DNA from: Tetramitus jugosus
Lineage: Eukaryota; Protista; Heterolobosea
DNA length: 64,000 bases
Reading direction: 5' to 3'
NCBI GenBank assembly: GCA_937625935.1
Contig: OW569359.1
Span: forward strand, 434,001-498,000
Part shown: positions 44,601-56,562 of the stretch, piece by piece
Position numbering within the stretch: position 1 is the stretch's first letter
Layout: every line of letters begins with the position of its first letter
Notes under the pieces: model-generated
What the model was told of the DNA's origin: nothing
Seen by the model: the letters and a program-made list of their open reading frames with translations, nothing else
Database searches by the model: none
Made by a program: the position numbers and the translations under genes

Positions 44601-47600
44601 AGAATCTCGAGAACATTTTACTCGTGTTCTTGTGCAGTCCTGATCCATTGGTATGGACATTGGCTGCTTCCTTCTTGGGAGATTTGTGTCATCAAGTAGA
44701 GATCTTGGACATGAGAGAAGAAGCAAAGTCAAATGCTTTTATCCTAAACTATCGTCTCTACAAGGAGATTGCTGCTGTGGTAGAGAATGGAGAGAAGCGT
44801 GAGCGTCAACTCAAGTCAATTCTCAGATTGTTGAGAAGAGACGTTGTACAATCAAAGGCCAACGTTACTGCCTTTATTGAAGTGTATCACAGATGGAAGA
44901 ACTACACTGCCAAGTTGTCTAGTCTTGAGACAAAGGCCAGAGAGAACCGTCAAGATACCGACTTCAACATTTCAACTAGAATGAAGACCATGTGGTACAA
45001 TTACACAACATTCCTGTGCTCAATGGGTGGTGTTGGTTTGCAGATTGGAGATGGTATTGCGTTCTCAAAGGGTGTCAATCACAAGATTATGGCTGAGGAC
45101 TTGGTCAAAGAATTGTTGAAGCTATTGACTAAGGAGCCAAAGTACATTTCCGACAATGTGACACGTATTGTTGGTTCTGATCTGAGTCCAGCTGTGTACC
45201 GTGTTTTGTTGGCTAGTGTAACAAGTGATCTTGCTAGTTCATTTGGTGAGGACAATTCCGTCAAGGTTACTCCAACATCAACTCTGTTTGTCGACAAGGC
45301 AATCAACATTGTCAAGAACATTGTAGAGCAGGCAGACGGAGCATCCGAATACTTGGCAGTGACAAACTTTGATACTTTGTTATTGTCTTTTATCAGATAT
45401 TGCTCACAATTGGTCAGCCCAGACTCCACTGCCATCAAGTGTAATCTTTGCTTGCTGATTGTTGCTGCAATGAACAAGAGAAATTATCTATCCTTTGGTA
45501 ATGAAGTTCAATTCAAGTTCAATGCACTCAAGTCCATTGCCGAATGGACAAGTGAGTTTGCATCCAATTTGCGTGATGACAGTCAGTCTGGCAGTTCTAC
45601 TAGCCGTCGAGGAACCATTGACACTGGCTTGGATGAGGTGTGCCTGAAGGCTATTTCAACACTCTTGAAGCACCTACCACTGGCCAAAATCAGAAGAGAG
45701 AAGATGACTACTGCTGAGAAGAATGAGATGAACAGAAGAGAGTTCATCAAGTACTTCCATTTCTTGTCCAAGTATTTGACCAAGTACTCCAATTCGACAA
45801 AGTCTCAGTTGAGAGAATTCACAATTGTCAGTTTGGGTAATTTGCTCGAGTCGAACATTAATTATGGTCTCGAACAGTTTATGAAGATGACCTATGCGGA
45901 AGATCAGGAGACAAGATCCGCTTTCTTGGCGGTGTTGACAAAGATTGTGAAGCAAGGTATTCAATTGGAGCAGACTGAGCTAGTTGAACCAACTGAAAAG
46001 TATGAAAAACTGCTCAATTCTCTCTGCTCGGACGACATGTCACTCATATTCTTAATCCTCAAGGCTGTGTCTATGTCAGAGCAGGACGAGTTGTGCAAGG
46101 TGTTTGTCAAGTTGTTCGCAGACAGATGTCAAATCTTGCCTTTGCTCCGAACTGCCATTGACTTGGAAGTGATGCAGACTCCTCGTGCCAGCACTCTATT
46201 CAGAGCTAATAGCTTTGCTAGTAAGATGTTGTCTTCATTCTGCGCTCTCTATGCCAAGGATTACATGTTTAACATACTCACACCTCTGTTGACTGATGTG
46301 TGTAGCGACACAAACAGTTACGAGATTGATCCAAACAGACTCGCTGGTGGAGATCTTCAAGAGAACATTCGTCGTCTGACTAAAGTCACTCAACGATTCA
46401 TCGATGCCATTCTTGATTCAACTGAGGAATGTCCTCTTACTGTTCGTATCGTGTGTGAGCACCTTGCTAGAACCGTGGGTGACAAGTTCCCTACTGAAGA
46501 TCAAGATGATTCCGTGGAGGCAACAGACATTGGTCAGACACCAAAGTATGTGGCCATGGGAGGCATGTTAGTCCTTAGATTCCTCAATCCTTCTATTGCT
46601 TCTCCAACCACCGCTGGTATCATTAGTCCACAACCTAATGCTAAGACAAGCCGTAATTTGCTTTTGATATCCAAGTTGTTGCAGAACGTTGCAAACGGTG
46701 TGAAATTCAAGGAAGATTTCATGCAATGTATGAATCCATTCATCACAACCAACTTCCCAAGAATGAGATCCTTCTTTGAGTCGCTCGCCGAAGTTTATCT
46801 GGATGATGAAGCTTATCCAGGTGAAGTCATCTTACTAGATGATGATGTCAAGGCTGAAAACGTTTACAACTTGCATAAGGCTCTTTACAATAATATTGAC
46901 AAGATCAGACAGAATGCAGGATCAGAACAATTGAAGGATCAATTGGAAAAGGTGGGTAGTGTATTGATTGAATTGGGTAAGCCAGCTGAGAAAGAGAAGC
47001 TACCAAGTTCTTACACTCCATCATCTGGTGGTGCGTTTACGAATACTCACTTTGAGAACTTTATGACTCTCATGGGCAGTAAGCCAATCAATTTAGACTA
47101 TATTGAAGAGAAGTCATTCTTCTACAAGAGAGGAGTGTCCAAGGATCAGAGACCTGTTCTCTACTTTGTCCCAAGAAATTGTGAAGGTATTGAAACAGAT
47201 GAGGACATGGAAAATGCCTTGTATCACGTTTTGAAGACACTCCAGACTGTATTCACAAAGCCATATGAAATTGTGATTGACAGCACTGATTTCTCTGAGG
47301 AGAACGGCTTGCAAATTACTCAAGTTTCAAAGTTGTTGAAGCTATTGCCTGATGGAGCCAAGGAGAACATTGCTCGTTTCGTTGTCTTTGCTCCAAACTT
47401 GTACTTTAAGGATTTCGTCCGACCTATCCAGAACAAGATCATTTCTCGTAAGAACATCAAGAAGATTCATTTCGCAAGCAACGTCAAGGAGCTACAATCC
47501 GTGATTGATGACAAGAACATTGCACTTCCTGAAGATTCAACCCACTTTGATGACGATGTTCAATTGACAATTTCTCCTGCATGGGTCGTCTCATCGGCAA

Positions 47601-50320
47601 ACAGCTCCAAGGAAGCAACCATCAAACTGGGCAGCAAGAAATTGTGTGTCATTGTACAGGACGATGCAGTTATGGGTATGCCGACAAAGAGAGTCGAATA
47701 CTTTGCTATTCCTAATATCAATGTTCGTCTGGAGCGCAGCAGCGAGAATGATTCAACAGAGCATGTCGTGATCGATTATGAATCTGTGCCACCTAGACAA
47801 CTCATCATCAAGACTGAAATGAATAAGCAGTTGCAGATGGGTATCAAGGCATCAAAGGTCAGATTGCTCAGTGAGTTGCACATGGCAGCATCCTATGGAG
47901 AGAGTGATGATAGCAGAGGTACGATGACTCAGGAGGATGTTCCTGGTTCTGTATTGAACATGTGTTTCTTGAATTTGGAATCAAAGTTCCCTCAAACGAG
48001 AAGAGAAGCATACAATCTGTTGGCTGCCTTGGCCGAACAATTCAGCTTCCCTGTCAAGCTTTTGGAGTCCAACAATGTTTGTGTGCCGCACAACACTGGT
48101 GATCTTGTGGTGACACTGAGTGAGAAGGTAGCTGGTGCAAAACCATCTCTGACCTCTCAGTTCTTAACTGAAAGTTTGCGAGGCTTTAACAAGGTCTCCC
48201 TTGCATACAAGTTGCTTTGCCTAAAGTACATGAAGCCATGGATTCCAAATTTGGCCAGTGAATACGCTAGAGCTCAAGAATCAAATGATACCACTGTGAT
48301 CAACAAGATTAGAGAATGGTTCCCAGAGTTGGTGAAGTCTACCATGGAGTTCCCTGATGTGTACCCAGCAATGTTGAGTGAGTTGTGGGGAGAGATTTCA
48401 AAGGAGGAATCCTTGGTTGAGATTTCAATGGAATGCATTCTATCCAGTGAAGTCTCACTTGAATCTGCAACCACTGAGAAGAGAGAGATTTTGAACGATC
48501 TTGTTGTCACTTTGTCCAGTTCTCAATGCTCTGATCTTGTCGTGAACACCATCTTGAATTCTGCAATGACCACATTGAATGAAGAAGTTGTCGATGCGGA
48601 AGAACCAATTGAGAACAATAATGCATGGATCAAATTGATCAGATGTTCCAGATTCTTGCTCATGCTTTCATTCCAGAACAGAATTGATGTGGTGAACAAC
48701 GTTCCAAGCATTTTCTATGTCATCAGTTTGATGGTTGGTCGAGGATCTTATTTTGTGAGATCCACTGTGCACTCTCTGACATTGAACGTCATCCATTCAT
48801 TGGCAACTGCTCTCGAGTTCACCAGGGATCAAATGAAGTTGATTGAGGCTCACTTGGCTGAGTTGAATTCGCCAAAATTCAAGAACATGTTCCTCGGCAA
48901 TACTGTTGACTCAACAAATCCATTTGTTGGCCACAAGAGTATCAGCAAGGACAAACCTTATACTCCAACCATGAACGATATTCAAACTCTTGGTAATTAC
49001 ATGCTGGATGTGATGAAGACATGTTCTCTAGTCAATGGATTCATTCAACGAGATTGGGAGTCACAGTACAATGAGCTGTACAAACCTAGTTCATCATTGA
49101 ACCAGGTTATCTTGCCTAGAGTGATTACCATCTATGGTGTCATCTCCAAATCGGCTCGTGATCACGAACAGGACTTGCCTTTCCTCTTTGACTGCTTGTT
49201 GGACTCATTCAATGGACAACGATCCAAGGCTGATTTATCGACTGCCATCTTGTTGTACTTTACACAGTATTGTAACAAGATCTCAACTAATGATGCAATG
49301 CTCAGCAAGTTGATTTTGATCCCATTGATGCTTTTGCCATATTGCGACATTATTCTGTACCCTACTGTTCTGAACTTGTTGGAGACAGGTCTGGTGTCAG
49401 TCAGTCAATCTCATCAATTCAATGAGGGTGCCAGCTTCGATGAATATTTCAATCAATATGTGAGAGAACCAAGTCTGGAATCTTACATTCAAAGATTTGA
49501 GAAGATTATTGGCATTAGCTTGAAGACTCACTTCTCATTTGCTCTGTCTTCATTCTTGATCAAGGGTCTAACACATGCTCAAACCAAGGAAAGAACACTG
49601 AAATTCCTGGAATCTGTCCTCGGTATCAGTTGTCAAATTTCTAACATCAAGATGTACAACAAACGTGAAGACAGCATGTCTGAAATCTTAGGTTTTGCAA
49701 CCTTGTTGGCGTCATTTGATTTCGACTCCACCATTGCATCCATTGGTATTGACAAGAAACAATTCTTCTCTGAAGAGACATTCTGTCACGATCTCAGTGG
49801 ACTATTGTTTACTCGATTGCTACTGCTACTGGTTCAGAACATGGAATCCGAAGTCGAAAAGATTGCTGTTTACAAGTTGTTGCAACATGTTTACAAGAAG
49901 ATTCCATTCGTGTTCGAAGGTTATCAATCTGACATTACGCCTCGAGTCATTCAACAGTACACACTCGCTTCAAGAACTTCAAACTACACTGCCCTTCCAG
50001 AAACAATTTTGGGTCTGGTCAACACAATCATGTCTGTCGGTGGACTGGAGAAGTCTGTTCCAGTGAGCACCAACTCCGACGTACTCAAGGATATTCTGTT
50101 CTTGGGTGTGACAAGACTTGGTTCTTTCAGAGGACTGAACGAACAGACTGCTGTCGAGTGTTGTGCAGTCATGTCTGATTTCGTCAGGGCTACATTCCCT
50201 AATGGAGCAGGTAAGACAGAGATTGTCAAGGGTAAGATTTATAGAAGACCTCGTCAAAGCAGAATCGGTAACCAACCAAACATTCAATTGCAAAGTCAAT
50301 GTGAATACTATGACGACTAA
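41697..50320 (+). CDS. NF1: Neurofibromin (RasGAP + Sec14/CRAL-TRIO + PH-like, HEAT scaffold); join(41697..41789,41900..50320)
   Basis: LRKAIWNYIVNYPHQF, LFRANSFASK (Arg finger), LRFLNPSIASP, ISKLLQNVAN, KPYEIVID, EDVPGSVLNMCFLNL and HFSFALS. The 110-nt first intron GTACGT..TTAG is in frame; ~2840 aa. Confidence 0.95.
42090..42500 (+). repeat. AAC/AAT/AGT trinucleotide low-complexity tract encoding poly-Asn/Ser in NF1
   Basis: Runs of aac, aat, agt and tca. Confidence 0.9.
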
Positions 50321-50352
50321 ATAAATTTTATTTTACAATTATCAACACCGAG

Positions 50353-50440
50353 ACCGACTTTTGTCCCAAATAATTCGTGATGACCTTTTTGCCCAAGTAT
50401 TCGAGATGACTTTTATTCCCTGTTATTCCGGATGACCTTG
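50353..50440 (+). promoter_or_regulatory. 26-bp degenerate tandem repeat (3.4 units, core GATGACYTT) upstream of the aldo-keto reductase
   Basis: Units start at 50353, 50379, 50405 and 50431. Confidence 0.6.
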
Positions 50441-50496
50441 CCAATATCCATAAACAAACAAAAACTCAACAAGAAGATCTAGTCCTACCACCAACC

Positions 50497-51366
50497 ATGT
50501 CTGCCAACAAGCTCACGATCAAGACCGTTGTCCAACTCCATAATGGCGTCCAAATGCCAATCTGTGGCCTGGGAACATACAAATCCATTGACACTATTGA
50601 ACAAGCCATTCAGTCTGCCTATTTCACGTGTAAGATGACTCATTTGGACACTGCAGCCTTGTACCACAATGAAGCCGAGATTGGTTCAGCAATCAAGAGA
50701 TTAAAGATTCCACGTGAGAATCTCTTCATTACAAGCAAGCTGTGGTACACTGAGCATGGATACAAGAAAACTTTGGCTGCATTCAAGAAGACAATTGAAA
50801 AGTTGGGTACGGACTATTTGGATCTCTACTTGGTTCATTGGCCATTCACAAACAAGGATTCCAGCCATGCACAGCTCAGAAGAGAGACTTGGAGAGCCAT
50901 GGAAGAGCTGTATCAACAGGGAAAGTGCAAAGCTATTGGGGTGAGCAATTACACAGAAAAGCACTTGAGAGAAATGTTGGACAATGATAGTCCTTACAAG
51001 GTCAACATTGTACCAATGGTCAACCAATTCGAGCTCCATCCAAAGCTCACTCGGAAATCTTTGATCCAGTACTGTCGAAGACATGATATTGTTGTGGTGT
51101 CACATTCACCTTTTGTCAAGGGACAATTGTTGTCCAATACCAAACTGCAAAAGATTGCCAACAAGTATCAAGTCGAGGCTCCACAGCTCATTATCCGATG
51201 GCTGTTGCAACAAGAGATCGTCTGCATTCCAAAGAGTGAAAAACCTGAGCGAATTGTCCAGAATGCCAGTGTTTTCCACTTTGAGATCTCAGATGAGGAC
51301 ATGAAGAGAATTGATGACATGAATGAAGATTTTTACTGTACATGGGATCCTAATGAAATCGAATAA
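50497..51366 (+). CDS. Aldo-keto reductase
   Basis: GLGTY, DTAALY, FITSKLW, DLYLVHWP, IGVSNY and IPKS; D-Y-K-H tetrad intact. Confidence 0.95.
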   Translation: MSANKLTIKTVVQLHNGVQMPICGLGTYKSIDTIEQAIQSAYFTCKMTHLDTAALYHNEAEIGSAIKRLKIPRENLFITSKLWYTEHGYKKTLAAFKKTIEKLGTDYLDLYLVHWPFTNKDSSHAQLRRETWRAMEELYQQGKCKAIGVSNYTEKHLREMLDNDSPYKVNIVPMVNQFELHPKLTRKSLIQYCRRHDIVVVSHSPFVKGQLLSNTKLQKIANKYQVEAPQLIIRWLLQQEIVCIPKSEKPERIVQNASVFHFEISDEDMKRIDDMNEDFYCTWDPNEIE

Positions 51367-51545
51367 AAAGGACTTATCTTTTCATTCGGTCAAGGCAGGA
51401 ACTTGAACAAATCGCGGATTTATGAGTCCTTCTCTTTGGAAATTCACCCCTTATCCGTCAATCAACCATCATTAATAAGTGCACCATCACAAACTCCAGA
51501 GTGAAACACCAACAAACATAACAAAGAAACGTCACAGTTGCTCCC

Positions 51546-51875
51546 ATGAAAGGATTCATACTACTTCTGTTGTTTATTAGCATTAGCTTGATTAACCTCC
51601 AAGCACAGGTGATTCACGCACAACCAGCATCAGCTTGTCAAAGCTACGAACATTGTCGTCCACTTATCGAAAAGTACCAATCGATGATTGCTCAATACCA
51701 TCGTGATATCAGCAACATGTATTCGGTAGGAGGTCCTTCTCACATCTCTACATCTCACATTTCCGATGCAGAATACAACATTCCTGTTGTGGAGAGAGAA
51801 GTTGTAGCAGATTGTGGTTGTTTTCTAAGTCTGGAGCTCTCCATATGGAGGCCATTTGTACCACGCTCATGGTAG
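51546..51875 (+). CDS. Small secreted Cys-containing protein (C-terminus uncertain)
   Basis: Clear signal peptide MKGFILLLLFISISLINLQA; four Cys. Confidence 0.6.
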   Translation: MKGFILLLLFISISLINLQAQVIHAQPASACQSYEHCRPLIEKYQSMIAQYHRDISNMYSVGGPSHISTSHISDAEYNIPVVEREVVADCGCFLSLELSIWRPFVPRSW

Positions 51876-52055
51876 GAACTAACTGGTCCTTTCTCAATAA
51901 AACTTTGATCCAACGAAACCGATATGCCATTGAATCCTTCCATTGTTCCTGACTTATTCCTGCACCCTGAATCAGAGTGCAAGCTTTTTGTTGAACTTTG
52001 AAAATTTCACCGCGCATTTGATAACAAAAAAAAAACTAAAACAAAGAGTGAAAAA

Positions 52056-52673
52056 ATGGCATCAACAAAATCACAACTAGTGACACCAGGCACGATCCTA
52101 GGTCAAACAGAACAATACATGAATGGACCAGGCACCTACATTCGCAACACCAATGACACTGGTCGGATTTATGCCTCTATTGTCGGAAAAACTCAAATCA
52201 CCGCGCCAAAAACTGCGCAAGAAAAACCGACGATTGAGGTGATCCCGCCAACCAATCCCTCCACATTTGCATCTACGGTTCTCGTTCCACAAATTTCTGA
52301 CCTTGTGACGGCGCGAGTCATCAAAATTACACCACAGTTGGCCAAGGTGGAAATTTTGGTCGTTGGTGATAAAGCTTTGGACATTCATACGACATTTAGT
52401 GGTGTGATTAGGCAGCAGGATGTGAGAGCTACCGATATTGACAAGGTTCAAATTCAAACATCGTACAGACCAGGTGACATTGTGAAAGCTAGAGTCATCT
52501 CGTTGGGAGATACCAGAAGCTATTATCTGAGCACTGCTAGCAACGATTTGGGTGTGATATTTGCAACGAGTGCTGTGGGTCAGGCACCAATGATACCTGT
52601 GAGCTGGAATGAGATGCAATGCAGCAAAACAGGACTCAGAGAACAGCGAAAAGTGGCAAAAGTCAATGTATAA
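52056..52673 (+). CDS. CSL4: Exosome complex component CSL4 (EXOSC1)
   Basis: VTPG..GPGTY, GVIRQQDVRATDIDKV, SYRPGDIVKARVISLGD and REQRKVAK. Confidence 0.95.
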   Translation: MASTKSQLVTPGTILGQTEQYMNGPGTYIRNTNDTGRIYASIVGKTQITAPKTAQEKPTIEVIPPTNPSTFASTVLVPQISDLVTARVIKITPQLAKVEILVVGDKALDIHTTFSGVIRQQDVRATDIDKVQIQTSYRPGDIVKARVISLGDTRSYYLSTASNDLGVIFATSAVGQAPMIPVSWNEMQCSKTGLREQRKVAKVNV

Positions 52674-52748
52674 AACAACAGTTTTTTCTGATACTAGTGT
52701 TCGCGATTGTTATCCTTATTGGTATATTGGTATTTGTTTTTGATATCC

Positions 52749-54971
52749 TCAGAGTGCATTGGGTGCTTGAGGCATACAAAAGTTGTAAAATGTGTTTTCA
52801 AGGAAAATTTGATCCGCACGTTTCCATCCACACCATCCATCTCTTATGATGACTTCCAATCCACTCGCTGTGTTCGTATTGAGGTGTGCATTGTATTGGT
52901 TGTGAGTAGTTGGCTTACTATCGCTTTCCTCTCCACCATAGAACACAGTGTCCGATCCACGATAATGAGGATCCAGAATGAGAAAGCGTGTGTTTTCTAT
53001 CGTATTCACTTCATCGTACTGTATTCCGAGCAGTGTGTACGCTAGAACTCCACCACCAATCATAACTGGAGTACCATGGTCATCAAAATGTCGCACAAGA
53101 GCTCTCAAATGATTTTCCATGAGATCCTTCTTGTTCGAAACGTAGAGTACTTTGCACTCAATGTTGCACACTTGACCGATAATGTACGTGTTTTCCATGG
53201 CACCAATCCATTGCCTGCTATTCAAGAATGATTTTTGTTTGTCTCCCAAATGAACGAGAATCGCTTGCATTTCAGGTATGTTGGGCACTGGACTGCTCGT
53301 GCAGGATAGGTTATTCATCTTCAAGTACGAGATGAGTGTTTGACAACTGCGGTAGGCACATCCCCATCCATCGTCTTGGAATCCATCTTGTAAATAATGA
53401 TAATAGGTATAGGATCCTTTGACAGTGACCAGCTTTGTTGTTGCATTGTTTGCGACTGTAGGCAGTGGTTTCACAAACAGGTGCACATTACTCAATTTAG
53501 GAGATCGCGAGGATTGCAGCCCAGAGTGACTACTTGTGTCATCGCGTCCAAACGGAAGCGCCTTACCAAATCGTAAAACAGGTGCATTTGGTGGTAGGAA
53601 GTACATGGTATGGTACAATGATCGCTCAGATATAGACATTGGTGTCGTTTGCTCATCAGATATACTGTCAGAATAGAATGTGCATCTAGTTGTGATCACA
53701 TGTGGATAGGAATAGCTTGGCAAGTGATGAACAAAATAAATGTGCTTTGGAGTCCTATTGTTGTCCGTGCTCTTCTCATTGTGAGACAATAGAGTATGAA
53801 CCATGTGCAGTTGCGCGTTGAGCTTATCAACTATGGCTTGATTCAATTCGGAGAGTGACATGCCAGGGTCAATGTACCCAAACACATTCAGCAACACAGA
53901 AACCGTGTTCGATTCGTTCGAAATTGAGACTTGGCTCGGTTGCAAATCATTGTCCAACAGCGATGAAGATGAATAAAGTGTACATGGAACCGTGCAATGA
54001 CAAATCACATCTCTCTGATCCACTGTCATTTTCAGTTCTCTATTATCTTGATTGTTTCGATCAGAGTGACTGACCGTCAGTTTGAACTTGATCATAGTTT
54101 CTCTAGGGGCAGGTGGAGTAAACGAAATTTCACCTCCAAATGACTTGTCATCACCACTGCCACTAACAACAGAAGATGAAGAAGAAGGTCGATTCTTTTT
54201 GCTGGCTATATGTTTCTTCTTTTGACTCGTAGTTGCAGAATAATCAGCATCCACAGAATTCTTCTCATCACTGCAATTCACCTTCAAATGTTCAAGTATG
54301 GAACTTGTGCCAAGCAATGGTTCATGATTCCATTGATTCACAACGAGTGACCTGTCAAGAGACAACCGAGGAGGCTGTTGTCTATTGATCGAAATTTCAA
54401 CACTTGTGCTGCAGTTGACAAGCACAAAACTGTCCTTGAATTCATCTTGTATAGCACTGCTGCGAGTCAAATATTGAACATGTTGAAGTGTTTCCAGACT
54501 TGTAGCTGATTGTAAGCTACCCTCTTGGTAATAGCGTAGCTCTCTATCATGGTCTCCAATAATCAAGCATTGCCTCCATTTTTCATCATTGCTCCAAAGC
54601 TTCGGATCAATCGTAAATGGTGGTTCGTTTTTGGCGCCAAAGTCAATCTTGGCGGGATATTGAGATTGATCCGACAAGCGAAACAAATCTCGGGTCATGA
54701 AAAGACCAATAATGTCCAAACCAATTGGTAATGAAGATCTTATGAAAGAGATGGCATCATCAATGACTGACTCCTCATATTCAACACAACTACTATTGCT
54801 TACTGGAAGTGGGAATTGACAGAAATTGAAAATGATATTTCGAGTGCCAATTAGATATCCCCACCGAGATTGGGTATCTTTTTCTCTCAATAATTGATCA
54901 ACAAGTGAGTCTCTTGCATTGGTCACAATTTTCATTTTTTCTTTCAGTTTTTTGTCGGCATAATTTTTCAT
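52749..54971 (-). CDS. UFSP2: Ufm1-specific protease 2 (peptidase C78)
   Basis: YYHYLQDGFQDDGWGCAYRSCQT, TPVMIGGG and LILDPHY catalytic motifs; long N-terminal region. Confidence 0.92.
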   Translation of the reverse strand: MKNYADKKLKEKMKIVTNARDSLVDQLLREKDTQSRWGYLIGTRNIIFNFCQFPLPVSNSSCVEYEESVIDDAISFIRSSLPIGLDIIGLFMTRDLFRLSDQSQYPAKIDFGAKNEPPFTIDPKLWSNDEKWRQCLIIGDHDRELRYYQEGSLQSATSLETLQHVQYLTRSSAIQDEFKDSFVLVNCSTSVEISINRQQPPRLSLDRSLVVNQWNHEPLLGTSSILEHLKVNCSDEKNSVDADYSATTSQKKKHIASKKNRPSSSSSVVSGSGDDKSFGGEISFTPPAPRETMIKFKLTVSHSDRNNQDNRELKMTVDQRDVICHCTVPCTLYSSSSLLDNDLQPSQVSISNESNTVSVLLNVFGYIDPGMSLSELNQAIVDKLNAQLHMVHTLLSHNEKSTDNNRTPKHIYFVHHLPSYSYPHVITTRCTFYSDSISDEQTTPMSISERSLYHTMYFLPPNAPVLRFGKALPFGRDDTSSHSGLQSSRSPKLSNVHLFVKPLPTVANNATTKLVTVKGSYTYYHYLQDGFQDDGWGCAYRSCQTLISYLKMNNLSCTSSPVPNIPEMQAILVHLGDKQKSFLNSRQWIGAMENTYIIGQVCNIECKVLYVSNKKDLMENHLRALVRHFDDHGTPVMIGGGVLAYTLLGIQYDEVNTIENTRFLILDPHYRGSDTVFYGGEESDSKPTTHNQYNAHLNTNTASGLEVIIRDGWCGWKRADQIFLENTFYNFCMPQAPNAL

Positions 54972-55075
54972 CGGCCAATTTATGAAAAACTACAGTTAGA
55001 TAGGTTGGCGCTTTTCTCGCACCACCATAAGAACAAATTGATTTTTGTCTGGGAGACAACGGTTAGATAGTACAA

Positions 55076-56506
55076 ATGTTCACTCGAGGAAAAAACTTTG
55101 GTAATGAGAAGAATTACCTCATCCAACAGAGGATAAAGAAGGAACAGCATCATCAGGTGTTTACTGAGCTCAATCAGAGAGAATTAAAAGAAAGAATTGT
55201 GGCCGACTGGGAAACAAACACCCACAAGAAGATTCAAAAGAATGCCATCAAGGAGAGTATTGAAACGTTGAAGAGACAGTATCGTCAACAAGTTGAAAGA
55301 AGAAGAGACATGTTGGCAGAGAAGTTGGCATTGGAGCAACAAGAGTATCAGAATGAGCTCGACAATATGAGAGAGACACCACAGGAACGAAGGGAAAGAA
55401 TTGAGACACGAGCCAAACAGTTGAATGAACAGAGAGAACAGAGAAGAAACGAAATTGTTCAAATGAAGTACAGACAGCAGTTCAGAGAAGACTGTGACGA
55501 GTTAAGAGAAGCGAAAAGTAAAATTCTGAACCAAAAATGTGCCAAGGATAGACAATTACAGACATTGGAGAAGTTCGAAAGGAATCAAGAGGATATTGAA
55601 GAGAAGCAATACTTTAACGAACTGTGGGAACAAGATAGGTTGAAGAAAATGGAGAGAGAACGAATGGAGGTGGAGAAGGAGAAGGAAATTAATCTCATGC
55701 TAAGAACGCATCTTGATCAACAAAATAGAGAACTTGCGGAACACAGAGATGCAATCGAGCATTTGAAGCAACAAGAGAGTGCATTGATGCGAGAGAGGTG
55801 GGAGTTGGAAGAACAAGAAGAACTGAGAAAACAAAGAGAGAAGAGAGAACAATTGAGAAGTATTCGCAAACAATGTGAAAGATATGATCGTCAAAATCAA
55901 GAGCTCAAATTAGCTGAGATTACACGAGAGAGACAACTAGATGTTCGATTGTTGAACCAAATTCTTGAAAGGGAGAGGGGTGAGAATGAGGAAATAACGA
56001 ACCGAAAGAGAGAATTTAGACGAGAGGTTGCCAATTACCGAGGCTTCCTGTTGGAGCAGATGAAGAAGGAAGAGGACGATAGTAAGATACTAGATAAGGT
56101 TGTGAAGAGGGAAAATGAACATCAATGGGAGAAGAGAATGGAAGTTTGGAGAAAGGAACAGGAAGCTAGAGATCGATTGATGAAAGATGTGATCACAGAA
56201 CGAAAGAGACAAATCCAAGAGAAACTGCAAGCGAATAAAGAGGAGGCAGAGAGAAGAATTAGGGAAAGATCTCGAATACTACGGAAAGTGGAGGAGATGG
56301 AGCGAGAGCAGAGCACTCAGAGAGTGGTACAAAAGCAGGAAGTACTCAAGCATCAGCAAGATATTAAGAGACAAATTGCCGAAAAGGAGATGGTTGCCAT
56401 TAAGCAGCAGCAACTAGCCGAAGCAGAGTACAGAGCACAACAGTATGCCAAGGAGGCATATCAGAGAGCTCTTGCTGAAGAATTAGCACTTATCCAACAA
56501 CAATAA
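55076..56506 (+). CDS. CFAP53: Cilia- and flagella-associated protein 53 (CCDC11)-like, trichohyalin-plectin homology
   Basis: ETPQERRERIETRAKQL, QQFREDCDELR, LWEQD and WRKEQEARDRLMKDV. Confidence 0.8.
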   Translation: MFTRGKNFGNEKNYLIQQRIKKEQHHQVFTELNQRELKERIVADWETNTHKKIQKNAIKESIETLKRQYRQQVERRRDMLAEKLALEQQEYQNELDNMRETPQERRERIETRAKQLNEQREQRRNEIVQMKYRQQFREDCDELREAKSKILNQKCAKDRQLQTLEKFERNQEDIEEKQYFNELWEQDRLKKMERERMEVEKEKEINLMLRTHLDQQNRELAEHRDAIEHLKQQESALMRERWELEEQEELRKQREKREQLRSIRKQCERYDRQNQELKLAEITRERQLDVRLLNQILERERGENEEITNRKREFRREVANYRGFLLEQMKKEEDDSKILDKVVKRENEHQWEKRMEVWRKEQEARDRLMKDVITERKRQIQEKLQANKEEAERRIRERSRILRKVEEMEREQSTQRVVQKQEVLKHQQDIKRQIAEKEMVAIKQQQLAEAEYRAQQYAKEAYQRALAEELALIQQQ

Positions 56507-56562
56507 TCTTAATCATCATTCTTACTAAAATGCACAGTTTTAGTTAAACATTAGCTTGTACA

